Of a DNA stretch of 64,000 nucleotides, positions 40,867 to 50,098 are shown in pieces (the stretch's first letter is position 1; each line of letters starts with the position of its first letter). The stretch covers positions 1,792,001 through 1,856,000 of the forward strand of contig CAWHDR010000001.1 of NCBI GenBank assembly GCA_963828165.1, written 5' to 3'. Below the pieces are notes generated by a model. It was given only the letters and a program-made list of their open reading frames with translations. It was not told the origin of the DNA and searched no databases. This DNA is from an uncultured Chloroflexia bacterium. Its GTDB lineage: Bacteria > Chloroflexota > Limnocylindria > Limnocylindrales > CSP1-4. The position numbers and the translations under genes were made by a program.

Positions 40867-41217
40867 ATGGACGTCGAGACCGTTCGCAAGCACGCGGACG
40901 CCTACTGCGCGGCGCTTCTTGCCGGCGACATCGGACGGGCGTCCGAGGAGTTCAGCCAGCAGCTGAAGCAGAACATCGGCGAGGTGGTCTCCCAGCTGCC
41001 GCTGCCGCTGACCCAGGCCGCCGTCGAATCCGTCGACGTCGCGGGCTCCGGCTACGTCGCCGTCCTGCACCTGACCGGCGAGACCGACGACATCCGGATC
41101 GAGACCCGCTGGAAGGACCGCGACGGCCGCCCGACGATGGTCGAGGCGAGCCACGTCATCGAACGGGTGGCAGCGCCACCGGCCGAGGAAGGCGCCGAAG
41201 CCGAAGCCGAGGCGTAG
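40867..41217 (+). CDS. Hypothetical protein
   Basis: Strong GC3 codon bias, starts 3 nt after dodecin, followed by a terminator. Confidence 0.7.
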   Translation: MDVETVRKHADAYCAALLAGDIGRASEEFSQQLKQNIGEVVSQLPLPLTQAAVESVDVAGSGYVAVLHLTGETDDIRIETRWKDRDGRPTMVEASHVIERVAAPPAEEGAEAEAEA

Positions 41218-41249
41218 GCCTGAGACGTCCGCGACACGCCCGGGGAATC

Positions 41250-41283
41250 GAAGGAGCGCCTGCCGAACGGCAGGCGCTCCTTC
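41250..41283. terminator. Bidirectional terminator hairpin
   Basis: GAAGGAGCGCCTGCC-gaac-GGCAGGCGCTCCTTC between convergent genes. Confidence 0.8.
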
Positions 41284-41299
41284 TTCTGGGCAGTGATCG

Positions 41300-41569
41300 T
41301 TACTCCGCGGCCTTCAGGCTGCGGCCGAGGTCTTCGGCGACTGCGTCGTCGAGACGGCGCACCGCAGCGGCGCTGCCGCGGCTCACCGCGGCGAGGCCCT
41401 GCGCGAGCGCGCGCCGGGCGAACGAAGGTCGATCCGGCTCGAACGCCGAGAGCTCCGCCGCCTGACGGGCCTCGCGAGCCTCTCGCGTCTGCCGATACTC
41501 CATGCTGAAGACGTCGGCACGACGCTGATTGGCGAGATCGAGAGCAAGGAAGCTGTACAGGTAGTTCAT
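41300..41569 (-). CDS. Hypothetical 89-aa protein, second gene of the peptide operon
   Basis: GGAG RBS; ends at the shared terminator. Confidence 0.65.
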   Translation of the reverse strand: MNYLYSFLALDLANQRRADVFSMEYRQTREAREARQAAELSAFEPDRPSFARRALAQGLAAVSRGSAAAVRRLDDAVAEDLGRSLKAAE

Positions 41570-41613
41570 CGTGAGGACTCCAGTCCGGCCGCAGCCGGAA
41601 GTTCAGAACGGGT

Positions 41614-41730
41614 TCAGCGGGTGTGGTCGTCAGGGAGGCGGTCGCGCGAATCGGTGCCCCAATTGAGGGCCGCGACGTCCAGGCTCATCAGACCGGCGAT
41701 GAGGATCGCGAACATGATCATGAATTCCAT
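41614..41730 (-). CDS. 38-aa membrane peptide MEFMIMFAILIAGLMSLDVAALNWGTDSRDRLPDDHTR (absent from the ORF track)
   Basis: AAAGGAGG RBS, ATG 41730, TGA 41614; hydrophobic N-terminus followed by WGxDSR. Confidence 0.75.
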   Translation of the reverse strand: MEFMIMFAILIAGLMSLDVAALNWGTDSRDRLPDDHTR

Positions 41731-41752
41731 GGCCGACCTCCTTTCCCGAGGT

Positions 41753-41835
41753 GTAACCCGTTTATCGTGTCTTACCGGTTACTAGGTGACTGTACCCCCT
41801 TGCGCGTAACCTGTCAAGCGCTATATAGTGGTTAC
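41753..41835. promoter_or_regulatory. Two GTAACC-N18-GGTTAC palindromes over divergent sigma70 promoters
   Basis: Sites 41753-41782 and 41806-41835; minus promoter TTGACA(41817-12)-N17-TACAGT(41794-89); plus promoter TTGCGC-N18-TATAGT. Confidence 0.75.
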
Positions 41836-41839
41836 CACG

Positions 41840-42979
41840 ATGACAACACAACGTTTTCAGACGACCGACCCGAACCACGCTCACGACGTCTCGTTGGAGG
41901 GCACGTTCGACTTCGTGAACACCTACGACCTTGAGAACACCTTCGACGTCGAGAAGGGTTTCCCGGTGGATCGGTTGCCAACGCTCAATTCCGCCCTCGC
42001 CTGGTTCGTCGAACGTGGGGTCATCCATTACGAGGGCGCGGAGCGCTGGCGTCAGCAGGCGTCCGCCGAGCCGCCCGCTGGTGCGGAAGTGCTCACCCGG
42101 ATCCATGCCGTACGAGCGGCACTGCGCGAGGTCGCCGATTCGATCGCCGAGGAACGCGCTCCGGATCCGGCCGCGCTCGACACCGTGAACCGTGCCCTCC
42201 ACGCCCGCCAGGTCATCGAGCTGATTCCCGCGTGGGACGGCGTGAGCGTGGACCACCGCCACGTCGGCGACCCGATCGATGACGCCCTGGCCCGTTTGGC
42301 CGATCCGCTCGTGCGGGAGCTGACGGACGGACACCCGGAGCGCATCCGGATCTGCGACAACGACCGCTGCCGCTGGGTCTTCTACGACACGTCGCGGACG
42401 GGCCGCCGGCGCTGGTGCGACATGGCGACCTGTGGCAACCGGGCCAAGGCGGCCCGGCACCGGGCTCGGGCGAAGGCGGGCGAGGCCGGCGAGGCGGACA
42501 CGTCGGCGGACACCTCGGCGACGACCGAGAAGCCGACCCGCCGCTCGCGAACTAGCCAGAGGAACGCTACCGCCCGCAACCGTTGGGCCATGGACGGGAC
42601 CGCCCCCGGGCTCGTACCGTTCCGGCGTGCGACACATCGTCTTCGGACTTGCCATCGCTCTCGCCGGTGCCACAGGGCTGGCAGCCATCATCGAGCTGAC
42701 GAAGACGCCCACGGCCGGCTGGACCGATCCGGGCGCGCACGTCGTCGACGGCCTGTGGCTCGGCGCCGCGACGGCCTGTCCCCTCGAAGGCGGGCAGGAG
42801 TGCTCACTGGCCCTCGATGCGGCCATGGCGCGTCTGGCGGTGATCACGTCGACGGCGACGGTGACGTCCGCGTCGGTCGCCAAGCCCGTGGGCGCGTACC
42901 GGAACGGGCGAGGCGGGACGATCCTGGCAACGACCGCTGGCTGGGTCACCTACAACATCGTCGTTCTCGGGCTGGCTGA
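41840..42979 (+). CDS. CGNR zinc finger / ABATE (DUF1470) putative regulator; conserved part ends ~42480 and the true stop may be ~42555
   Basis: DFVNT, LREV, RIRICDNDRCRWVFYDTSRTGRRRWCDMATCGNRAKAARHR. Confidence 0.88.
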   Translation: MTTQRFQTTDPNHAHDVSLEGTFDFVNTYDLENTFDVEKGFPVDRLPTLNSALAWFVERGVIHYEGAERWRQQASAEPPAGAEVLTRIHAVRAALREVADSIAEERAPDPAALDTVNRALHARQVIELIPAWDGVSVDHRHVGDPIDDALARLADPLVRELTDGHPERIRICDNDRCRWVFYDTSRTGRRRWCDMATCGNRAKAARHRARAKAGEAGEADTSADTSATTEKPTRRSRTSQRNATARNRWAMDGTAPGLVPFRRATHRLRTCHRSRRCHRAGSHHRADEDAHGRLDRSGRARRRRPVARRRDGLSPRRRAGVLTGPRCGHGASGGDHVDGDGDVRVGRQARGRVPERARRDDPGNDRWLGHLQHRRSRAG

Positions 42980-43121
42980 TGGCAAACGGTTGATGGTCGG
43001 CGTGTATTGCGAGCCGCGGATGGAACGAGAGTCAGGCTCGATCCCGGCCCACTGTCAGGCTGACGCCGCTCCGGTCAATGCGCCACGAGTCGGCGAGGAA
43101 CCCTGGCTCCGCAGCGACTGA
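42627..43121 (+). CDS. Hypothetical exported/membrane-anchored protein with four Cys
   Basis: N-terminal hydrophobic segment VRHIVFGLAIALAGATGLAAII; start approximate. Confidence 0.5.
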   Translation: MRHIVFGLAIALAGATGLAAIIELTKTPTAGWTDPGAHVVDGLWLGAATACPLEGGQECSLALDAAMARLAVITSTATVTSASVAKPVGAYRNGRGGTILATTAGWVTYNIVVLGLADGKRLMVGVYCEPRMERESGSIPAHCQADAAPVNAPRVGEEPWLRSD

Positions 43122-43145
43122 GCGCGCACGTGTCGTCGTGGGCGG

Positions 43146-43565
43146 TCAGGGGCAGGGACCGGGCTCCACGCTCGCGGCCGGGGCCAGCGCTTCCGTCTCG
43201 CCAAGCTGTCCGATCAGCACCGTGACCACACCGCACGGCAGCCCGATCGACGCGCCGTTGCCGTACCGACCGGCGGCGCCGGCCGCCAACTGGTCGTCGT
43301 TGATCGGCAGCGACAGGAGCACGGCACCGGACGGCGAACGGACTTCGAGCGCCTGCGGCCGCCCTACCCCGGTGATCGATGCGTCGCCGCTGGCTCCAGG
43401 CGCGAACGTCGCCACCCAGCGGCCGTCTGCGTAGACGCCGACGGCGATATCGGTCGCGTTGTCGACATGCAGGGGCCCGCTGGCTGCGCAGGCCACCGTG
43501 ATCCAGGCGATGATCGCCAGCCCGAACGCGAGGACGGCGCCACGCTCCCCGTGCCGCGCGATCAC
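43146..43565 (-). CDS. Hypothetical lipoprotein
   Basis: Signal with lipobox TVAC; start overlaps the leuS stop. Confidence 0.6.
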   Translation of the reverse strand: MIARHGERGAVLAFGLAIIAWITVACAASGPLHVDNATDIAVGVYADGRWVATFAPGASGDASITGVGRPQALEVRSPSGAVLLSLPINDDQLAAGAAGRYGNGASIGLPCGVVTVLIGQLGETEALAPAASVEPGPCP

Positions 43566-46153
43566 GCTTCGCGGACGACGATGTTGATGAGCTTCCCGCC
43601 GCCCGCCAGGATGATCTTGTCTGGCTGACGGCCAGCCAGGATCGCGATGACCTTCGGGCTGGCCAGCGCGGCCGCCTCGAGCTGCGGGCCGCCGATCCCC
43701 GCCGGGACCGTCAGCTTGTCGCGGAGCTTGCCGTTGACCTGGACCGGCACTTCCCGGGTCGACTCAGCCGTCGCGGCAACGTCGACCTCCGGCCACGATT
43801 CGGTATGGATGGACGACCACTCGCGACCGGCCTCGGCGGCGCGGCGCGACCAGAGCTCCTCGGTGATGTGCGGGGCGGCTGGCGCCAGCATCAGCAGCAG
43901 CAGCCGGATCGCCTCGTCCCACGCGGTGCCACCGGCGATCGGCGTCCCGCGGTAGCGGAACAGGACGTTCGAGAGCTCCATCAGCTTGGCGACCATCGTG
44001 TTGAAGTGGTACGCCTCGTAGTCGGCGGTGACATCCCGCAGGGTGCGATGTGCCGCCGAGCGCAGCCTGGCTTCGGCGGCATCGACGTCCTCGCCCGCCG
44101 GCAGGTTGCCGGCGTCGGGATCGCCCCCCTCGCGCCCATGCGGGTCGACCGTCAGCGTCCACACCCGATTGAGGAAGTGATGTGGGCCGCCGATGCCGGT
44201 CGGGCTCCACGGGCCACCCTGGTCCCAGGGGCCCATGAACATCAGGTACAGCCGAACCGTGTCTGCGCCGTAGCGCGCGACCAGCTCGTCGGGGTCCTGC
44301 ACGTTGCCCCGGGACTTCGACATTCGCTCGCCGTCTGCACCCAGGATCTGGCCCTGGTTGAACATGCGCAGGAAGGGCTCGTCCTGACCGACCAGCCCGC
44401 AGTCGCGCATCGCCTTGGTCCAGAACCGGCTGTACATCAGGTGCATCACTGCGTGCTCGGCACCACCCGTGTACTGGTCGACGGGGGTCCAGGCATCGGC
44501 CATCGCCCGGTCCACCGGCCCATCGTCGTAGTCCGGCGACAGATAGCGGAACCAGTACCACGACGAGTCGACGAACGTGTCCATCGTGTCGGTCTCTCGT
44601 CGCGCCGGCCCACCGCAGCGTGGGCAATCGACGCGCAGGAAGGCCTCGTCCTGGTTCAGCGGGTTGTCGCCGCGTCCCTTGTAGTCCACGTTCTCCGGCA
44701 GGCGGACCGGCAGGTCCGCGTCGGGCACCGGCACGATCCCATCCGTCTCGCAGTAGATGATCGGGATGGGCGTGCCCCAGTAACGCTGGCGGCTGATCAG
44801 CCAGTCGCGCAATCGATAGGTGACCTTGGGCTCGGCCTCGCCGGTTTCCGCGAGTTTCGCGACGATCGCCTTGCCGCCCTCGTCGGCCGGCATCCCATCG
44901 AAGGGGCCGCTGTTGACCAGGCGCTCGCCCTCGGCGTGGGCCACATAGGCGTCGGCCATCGGGTCATCCGCGGCAGTTCCGGGCGCGGCGACCACGCGGC
45001 GGATCGGCAGGCCGAACTGCTGTGCGAAGACGAAGTCGCGCTCGTCGTGCGCGGGGACCGCCATGATCGCCCCAGTCCCGTAGCCGGACAGCACGTAGTC
45101 CGCGATGAAGATCGGGACCTGCTCGTCGTTGATCGGGTTGATGGCCGAGGCTCCGATCGCGACCCCGGTCTTCTCGCGGTCGGTCGACAGCCGGTCGATC
45201 TCGGTTCGTCGCCTGGCCTGCTGGACATAGGCCTCGACCTCCGCCCGCTTCTCGGGCGCGGTCAGGGTCTCGACGAGCGGATGCTCCGGGGCGAGGACCA
45301 TGAACGTGGCCCCGAACAGCGTGTCCGGCCGCGTCGTGAAGACCCGCAACGTCTCGCCGCCCGGGTGATGGTCTGACGGGGCCGTCTCGAAGTCGATCTC
45401 CGCGCCCTCCGAGCGGCCGATCCAGTTCGTCTGCTGGATCCGGATGGGCTCCGGCCAGTCGATCCCGGTGAAGTCCAGCAGCTCGTCCGCGTACGCGGTC
45501 GTCCGCAGGTACCACTGCTCGAGGTCGCGCTTCTCGACGGGAGCGCCGCAGCGCCAGCAATGCCGATCCGCGCCCTCGACCTGTTCGCGTGCCAGCGTCC
45601 CGTCGTTGGGGCACCAGTCGACCGGCGACATCTTCCGGTAGGCGAGGCCCTTCTCGAGGAACCGCAGGAACATCCACTGGTTCCAGCGGTAGTAGGACGG
45701 GTCGGCGGTGACCACTTCGTGCTTCCAGGAGAACGTGGCGCCCATCGAGCGGAACTGCCGGCGCATGTTCTCCATGTTCTGCATCGTCCAGGTGAACGGA
45801 TGGCCACCCTCCCGGATGGCCGCGTTTTCGGCCGGTAACCCGAAGGCATCGAAGCCGATCGGGAAGAACACGTTGTAGCCATGCATCCGCCGATAGCGGG
45901 CCAGCGCATCACTCGGCGTCACGATGTACCAGTGCCCGATGTGCAGGTCACCCGACGGGTACGGGTACATGGTCAACATGTAGTACTTGGGCCGGCTCGT
46001 GTCCGCCAAGTCGGTGTCGTGCAGGCCGAGCTCTGCCCAGCGCGCCTGCCAGCGCGGCTCGACCGCCGTCGGGTCGTAGCGCCCGACCCGTGTTCGGCCG
46101 TCGACGGTGTCGGCGGCGTCGGCTGTCTTGGCGGTGTCGGCGGTGTCGGTCAC
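43562..46153 (-). CDS. leuS: Leucine--tRNA ligase
   Basis: MYPYPSGDLHIGH, NWIGRSEG, FTTRPDT, DWLISRQRYWGTP, GGAEHA, RMSKS. Confidence 0.98.
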   Translation of the reverse strand: MTDTADTAKTADAADTVDGRTRVGRYDPTAVEPRWQARWAELGLHDTDLADTSRPKYYMLTMYPYPSGDLHIGHWYIVTPSDALARYRRMHGYNVFFPIGFDAFGLPAENAAIREGGHPFTWTMQNMENMRRQFRSMGATFSWKHEVVTADPSYYRWNQWMFLRFLEKGLAYRKMSPVDWCPNDGTLAREQVEGADRHCWRCGAPVEKRDLEQWYLRTTAYADELLDFTGIDWPEPIRIQQTNWIGRSEGAEIDFETAPSDHHPGGETLRVFTTRPDTLFGATFMVLAPEHPLVETLTAPEKRAEVEAYVQQARRRTEIDRLSTDREKTGVAIGASAINPINDEQVPIFIADYVLSGYGTGAIMAVPAHDERDFVFAQQFGLPIRRVVAAPGTAADDPMADAYVAHAEGERLVNSGPFDGMPADEGGKAIVAKLAETGEAEPKVTYRLRDWLISRQRYWGTPIPIIYCETDGIVPVPDADLPVRLPENVDYKGRGDNPLNQDEAFLRVDCPRCGGPARRETDTMDTFVDSSWYWFRYLSPDYDDGPVDRAMADAWTPVDQYTGGAEHAVMHLMYSRFWTKAMRDCGLVGQDEPFLRMFNQGQILGADGERMSKSRGNVQDPDELVARYGADTVRLYLMFMGPWDQGGPWSPTGIGGPHHFLNRVWTLTVDPHGREGGDPDAGNLPAGEDVDAAEARLRSAAHRTLRDVTADYEAYHFNTMVAKLMELSNVLFRYRGTPIAGGTAWDEAIRLLLLMLAPAAPHITEELWSRRAAEAGREWSSIHTESWPEVDVAATAESTREVPVQVNGKLRDKLTVPAGIGGPQLEAAALASPKVIAILAGRQPDKIILAGGGKLINIVVREA

Positions 46154-46234
46154 GGAGCGAGCCTCTGGTCGGTCGCCGGAGACGGTTCACCCCCCGCCGT
46201 CGGCGAGGGGTGAGGGTCGGCGGTTCCACGTTTC

Positions 46235-46310
46235 TGGTGGAGCTACGGGGACTCGAACCCCGGACCCCCTGCATGCCATGCAGGTGCTCTTCCAGCTGAG
46301 CTATAGCCCC
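46235..46310 (-). tRNA. tRNA-Ala(GGC)
   Basis: GGGGCTATAGCTCAGCTGG...CCTGC-ATGGCAT-GCAGG...GTTCGAGTC...CTCCACCA; G3:U70 pair; encoded CCA. Confidence 0.97.
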
Positions 46311-46355
46311 ACGGAGGGCGGATTGTAGCAGAGGGTCGGCCCGCGACCGGGTAAC

Positions 46356-47822
46356 TCAGCTGCCGATGATGACCGGGATGCTGTAGACGCCACCGAAGGT
46401 GTCGTCGCCCTTCGAGCCGTTCAAGCCGACCCGGATCACCCAGTCACCTGCCTCCAGGCCCGTGAGCGGGATGACTACGTCCTGGCCGCCGTCGCTGAAG
46501 CTCGTGAACTCGCGGCTCACGCCGAAGGGGTCCCTTCGGGCGACCTCGCGATCCATGACCTCCACGCCGCCGTTGTCGATCCGCCAGCCGTCGGCGAGCA
46601 CGAGTCGCAGGCTCGAGTCCACGGCAAGCCCGACCGCCTTGGCACCGTCACGGGCGAGGAACGGAACGCCGCACGAGTCGCTGATGCCGTTCCAGCTCAC
46701 GCACAGGGCCAGCGCGCCCGACCCTGGACCTTCGAGGTCGTCGCCGGCGTAGGCCAGGAGCACGGGCGCGATGAAGGCCGGCGGGTCGCCGTCGTACGTC
46801 ACGACGATGCGCCAATGGTTCCGCGGGCTGGTCGTGACGAGCATGCCCGTGCCTTCCGGCGGCACGCCTTCGCTCATCTCGGATCCCAGGGCGCTCCCGT
46901 CGCACGGCTGCTCGCCGCCGCCCGCGAGCCGGTCCTCCCCGATCTCCCACCGGATCGTCCCGCCGCCGACGCAGGCGAGGGCGACCAGGTACTTCCCGCG
47001 CGCCGGCACGACGCCGGCCGAGGACTGGACAGATTCGGCGGAAGCGTCCGGATCCGGCTCGTTGGTGAAGTCGACCGCGACAGTCCCTTGCGGGACCGCG
47101 AACGTGGGCAGGACCGTTCGCACGGGGTTATTCATGAAGCCGTACGTGTCCACGACGACCCGGAATGCGGTCTGCGGCGTCGCCTGGAGGGACAAGGCCT
47201 GGCCGAGCATCGGTTGGTGCACCCTGAGGTCGAAGCGGAAGGACTGCACGGTCCCGTCGCAGACGACCGGCTCCGACGCGATGCTGTTCAGACCCGGGAA
47301 GACGCCCCATTCGAAGCGCGCATCCGACCCGATACACGCGACCTTGATGCCGGCCTCGCGCGCATCCATGCGGACGCCATCGAGGTACCGCCGGGTCAGG
47401 TCCGTGCTCGTCTCGGACGGTTCACCGGGGTCCTCGGTCTCGTAGTAGTCGATGCTCGCTGGATCGCGCTCGATCGCCGGCAGCGCCGCCAGCGGGTCGG
47501 CCGACGTGGCCGGGCTGGGCGTGGCGATCGCGCTCGGGCTGGCGCTCGCGGCTGGGGTCGGGGCGACGCTGGCGGTCGGCGATGGCGAGGGATCCGCCGC
47601 GATGTTCGTGTTCCGCAGCCAGCCGCTGCCCAGGGCGAAGATCGATCCGAGGGCGAGGGCCGCCACGCCTGCGGCCAGCAGGCCGAGGCGCTGCCCGTTG
47701 CGGGCGCGTCGCCGTACCTGCAGCCGACGCTCCAGCTCGTCGGGCGTGATCGTGAAGGGGAGGCTGTCGCCTTCCTGGCGAAGCATGGAGCGCAGGCGCT
47801 CCTCGAGGGTCGTGTCATGCAT
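46356..47822 (-). CDS. Membrane-anchored putative anti-sigma factor with a large extracytoplasmic region
   Basis: LEERLR N-terminus, single TM, PS/PT linker; overlaps the ECF sigma stop. Confidence 0.65.
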   Translation of the reverse strand: MHDTTLEERLRSMLRQEGDSLPFTITPDELERRLQVRRRARNGQRLGLLAAGVAALALGSIFALGSGWLRNTNIAADPSPSPTASVAPTPAASASPSAIATPSPATSADPLAALPAIERDPASIDYYETEDPGEPSETSTDLTRRYLDGVRMDAREAGIKVACIGSDARFEWGVFPGLNSIASEPVVCDGTVQSFRFDLRVHQPMLGQALSLQATPQTAFRVVVDTYGFMNNPVRTVLPTFAVPQGTVAVDFTNEPDPDASAESVQSSAGVVPARGKYLVALACVGGGTIRWEIGEDRLAGGGEQPCDGSALGSEMSEGVPPEGTGMLVTTSPRNHWRIVVTYDGDPPAFIAPVLLAYAGDDLEGPGSGALALCVSWNGISDSCGVPFLARDGAKAVGLAVDSSLRLVLADGWRIDNGGVEVMDREVARRDPFGVSREFTSFSDGGQDVVIPLTGLEAGDWVIRVGLNGSKGDDTFGGVYSIPVIIGS

Positions 47823-48351
47823 GAAAGGCCTCCCCGAGGCTGGTGCCGACCGGGTCGGCAAGATGGATGCGAAGCCGGTCGAGCGCCGTCTGGAGCTGCG
47901 CCTTGATCGTGTTCGGGCTCTTCCCGAGCGTGGCGGCGACCTCATCGACCGACTGGTCGGCGTAGTAGCGCAGGATCACGGCGGCGCGCATCTGGATCGG
48001 CAGGCTCGCGATGCCGTCCAGCAGGGCCATTCGCGTCGTGCTGTCGGCACCCAGGTCGCCGGCGGCGGCGCCATCGGGCATGAGCTCGAGGCGCGTCACG
48101 CGCCCCGACCGTCGTTTCACCCCGAGCGCGTGGTTGGTGGCGACGCGCAGGAGCCACGCCCGCAGCGCGCGCTCGTCACGGATGCTGCCGCCGCGTTCGA
48201 ACGCGGTGAGCAACGTCTCGATCACGACGTCCTCGGCCGCAGGACGGTCGCGCAGGATGAGGTAGGCGACGCTCTGGAGCTCGCGCCCGTACGTCTCGAG
48301 CAGGTCTCCGAGTGTCTCCGGTCGACGCCGGCGAATGGCCTCGACGGTCAT
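47815..48351 (-). CDS. ECF (sigma-70 group 4) RNA polymerase sigma factor
   Basis: AEDVV.E, LRAWLLRVATN, LP..MRAAVILRYY, EVAATLG.S.NTIK. Confidence 0.9.
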   Translation of the reverse strand: MTVEAIRRRRPETLGDLLETYGRELQSVAYLILRDRPAAEDVVIETLLTAFERGGSIRDERALRAWLLRVATNHALGVKRRSGRVTRLELMPDGAAAGDLGADSTTRMALLDGIASLPIQMRAAVILRYYADQSVDEVAATLGKSPNTIKAQLQTALDRLRIHLADPVGTSLGEAFHA

Positions 48352-48466
48352 GGATGCATCCTTCACGTCCCCGATGGCGGGCGACCTTGGGCGGGCCGCG
48401 TCACAGGGTAGATGCACGGGACGTGGCTTTCGGGCTAGTGGCGGTGCGCAGTGTCATCATCAGCGC

Positions 48467-50098
48467 GTGACCGCCTTCGATCTGCTCCTGCACGGCGGCA
48501 CCGTCGTAGACGGCACCGGATCGCCCGGGCGTCGCGCGGACGTCGGGGTGCTGGGTGACCGGATCCTCGCCGTCGACGACCTGTCGGCGGTCGACATCGG
48601 GGGCGTCACGCATGTGATCGACGCCACCGGCCTCGTGGTCGCGCCCGGGTTCGTGGACCCCCACGGTCACTCGGACGGCTCGCTGTTCGTGGACGGCGGC
48701 CTCGTCAGCCATCTGCGCCAGGGGTACACGACGCAGCTGTCCGGCAATTGCGGGGAGACGTTGGCGCCCATCACTGACGCGGGCCGGGAGATCGTCGCGC
48801 TGGCCCTGCGACCCAACCAGCTGGTGGCCCGCTGGCGCACGTTCGGGGAATACCTGGATGCCGTGGCCGAGGAGCGTCTTGGGCTGAACGTTGCGTTCCT
48901 CGTCGGGCAGGGAACGATCCGCGGGTCCGTGATGGGCTCGGAGGCCGGCGTCGCCACGGACGATGAGCGGGGGGCGATGGTGCGTGCGGTGGAGGCCGCC
49001 ATGGACGCCGGGGCGTTCGGACTGTCATCGGGGCTGATCTACGCGCCAGGGATGCACGCCGGGGCGGACGAGCTGGTGGCCCTGGTCGCGACGGCTGCGC
49101 GGCGCGGTGGCCTCTACGCGACCCACATGCGCAACGAGAGTGCCGGGCTGTTCGAGTCGCTCGAGGAATCGATCGCGACGATCCGGGCAGCACGCGACGG
49201 GGGTGCCGAGGGGGCGCGGCTCCAGGTCTCGCATCTCAAGTGCGGCGCACGCGCCGTGTGGGGACGCGCGGGCGAGGCCATCGCCGTCCTCGACGCGGCC
49301 CGCGCCGAAGGCCTGGATGTTGCGGCGGACCAGTACCCGTACACGGCCGCCGCGACGACCCTGGCGACGGTCCTGCCGCCCAGTCTCCTCGCGCTCGGTG
49401 TCGACGATTGCGTCGCGGCGCTGACCGATCACGAGGCTCGGGACCGCGTGGCCGCCGAGATGAAACGAGGGATCTCCGGCTGGGAGAACGTGGCCGCTGA
49501 CCCAGGCTGGCAGGGGATCCGGATCTCGTTCGCCCCCAGCCACCCGGAATGGGCGGGGCGATCGCTTGCGGAGCTTGGCGAGGAGATGGATGTCGATCCT
49601 GCCGAACTGGCGATGGACGCGCTGATCGACGATCAGCTCGACGTCTCGGTCGTCATCGATTGCATGGACGAGACCGATGTCGCGACGATCATGGATGTGC
49701 CCTGGATCGCGGTCTGCACGGACGCCCAGGCGCGGCGGCCGGGTCACCCGATCCTCGACGCCGGCCGGCCACACCCGCGGACATACGGGACCACCGCGCG
49801 CGTGCTCGGCACCTACGTCCGTGAGCGCGGCGCGCTCGCGCTCGAGACGGCCGTCGCGAAGCTGAGCGGCGTGCCCGCGGGTCGCCTGGGTCTGCGCGAC
49901 CGGGGCGTGCTGCGCGAGGGCGCCTTCGCCGACCTCGTGGCCTTCGACCCAGCGTCCGTCGCGGACGACGCGACCTATGAGGAGCCCTCACGTCACCCGA
50001 TCGGCATCGAGCATGTCGTCGTGAACGGGCGCCTGGCGGTGCTGGCCGGGCAGGAGACCGGCGAACGAGCCGGTCTGCTGCTGCGGCGAACCGGATGA
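48467..50098 (+). CDS. N-acyl-D-amino-acid deacylase family amidohydrolase
   Basis: VVDGTG, APGFVDPHGHSD, GNCG, GLIYAPG, THMRNE, DQYPY, HPRTYGT, ADLVAFDP. Confidence 0.92.
   Translation: MTAFDLLLHGGTVVDGTGSPGRRADVGVLGDRILAVDDLSAVDIGGVTHVIDATGLVVAPGFVDPHGHSDGSLFVDGGLVSHLRQGYTTQLSGNCGETLAPITDAGREIVALALRPNQLVARWRTFGEYLDAVAEERLGLNVAFLVGQGTIRGSVMGSEAGVATDDERGAMVRAVEAAMDAGAFGLSSGLIYAPGMHAGADELVALVATAARRGGLYATHMRNESAGLFESLEESIATIRAARDGGAEGARLQVSHLKCGARAVWGRAGEAIAVLDAARAEGLDVAADQYPYTAAATTLATVLPPSLLALGVDDCVAALTDHEARDRVAAEMKRGISGWENVAADPGWQGIRISFAPSHPEWAGRSLAELGEEMDVDPAELAMDALIDDQLDVSVVIDCMDETDVATIMDVPWIAVCTDAQARRPGHPILDAGRPHPRTYGTTARVLGTYVRERGALALETAVAKLSGVPAGRLGLRDRGVLREGAFADLVAFDPASVADDATYEEPSRHPIGIEHVVVNGRLAVLAGQETGERAGLLLRRTG

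Noticed and set aside
46154-46234. T-box riboswitch upstream of leuS
   Set aside because: Only ~80 nt separate the tRNA and leuS, and no T-box consensus is recognisable.
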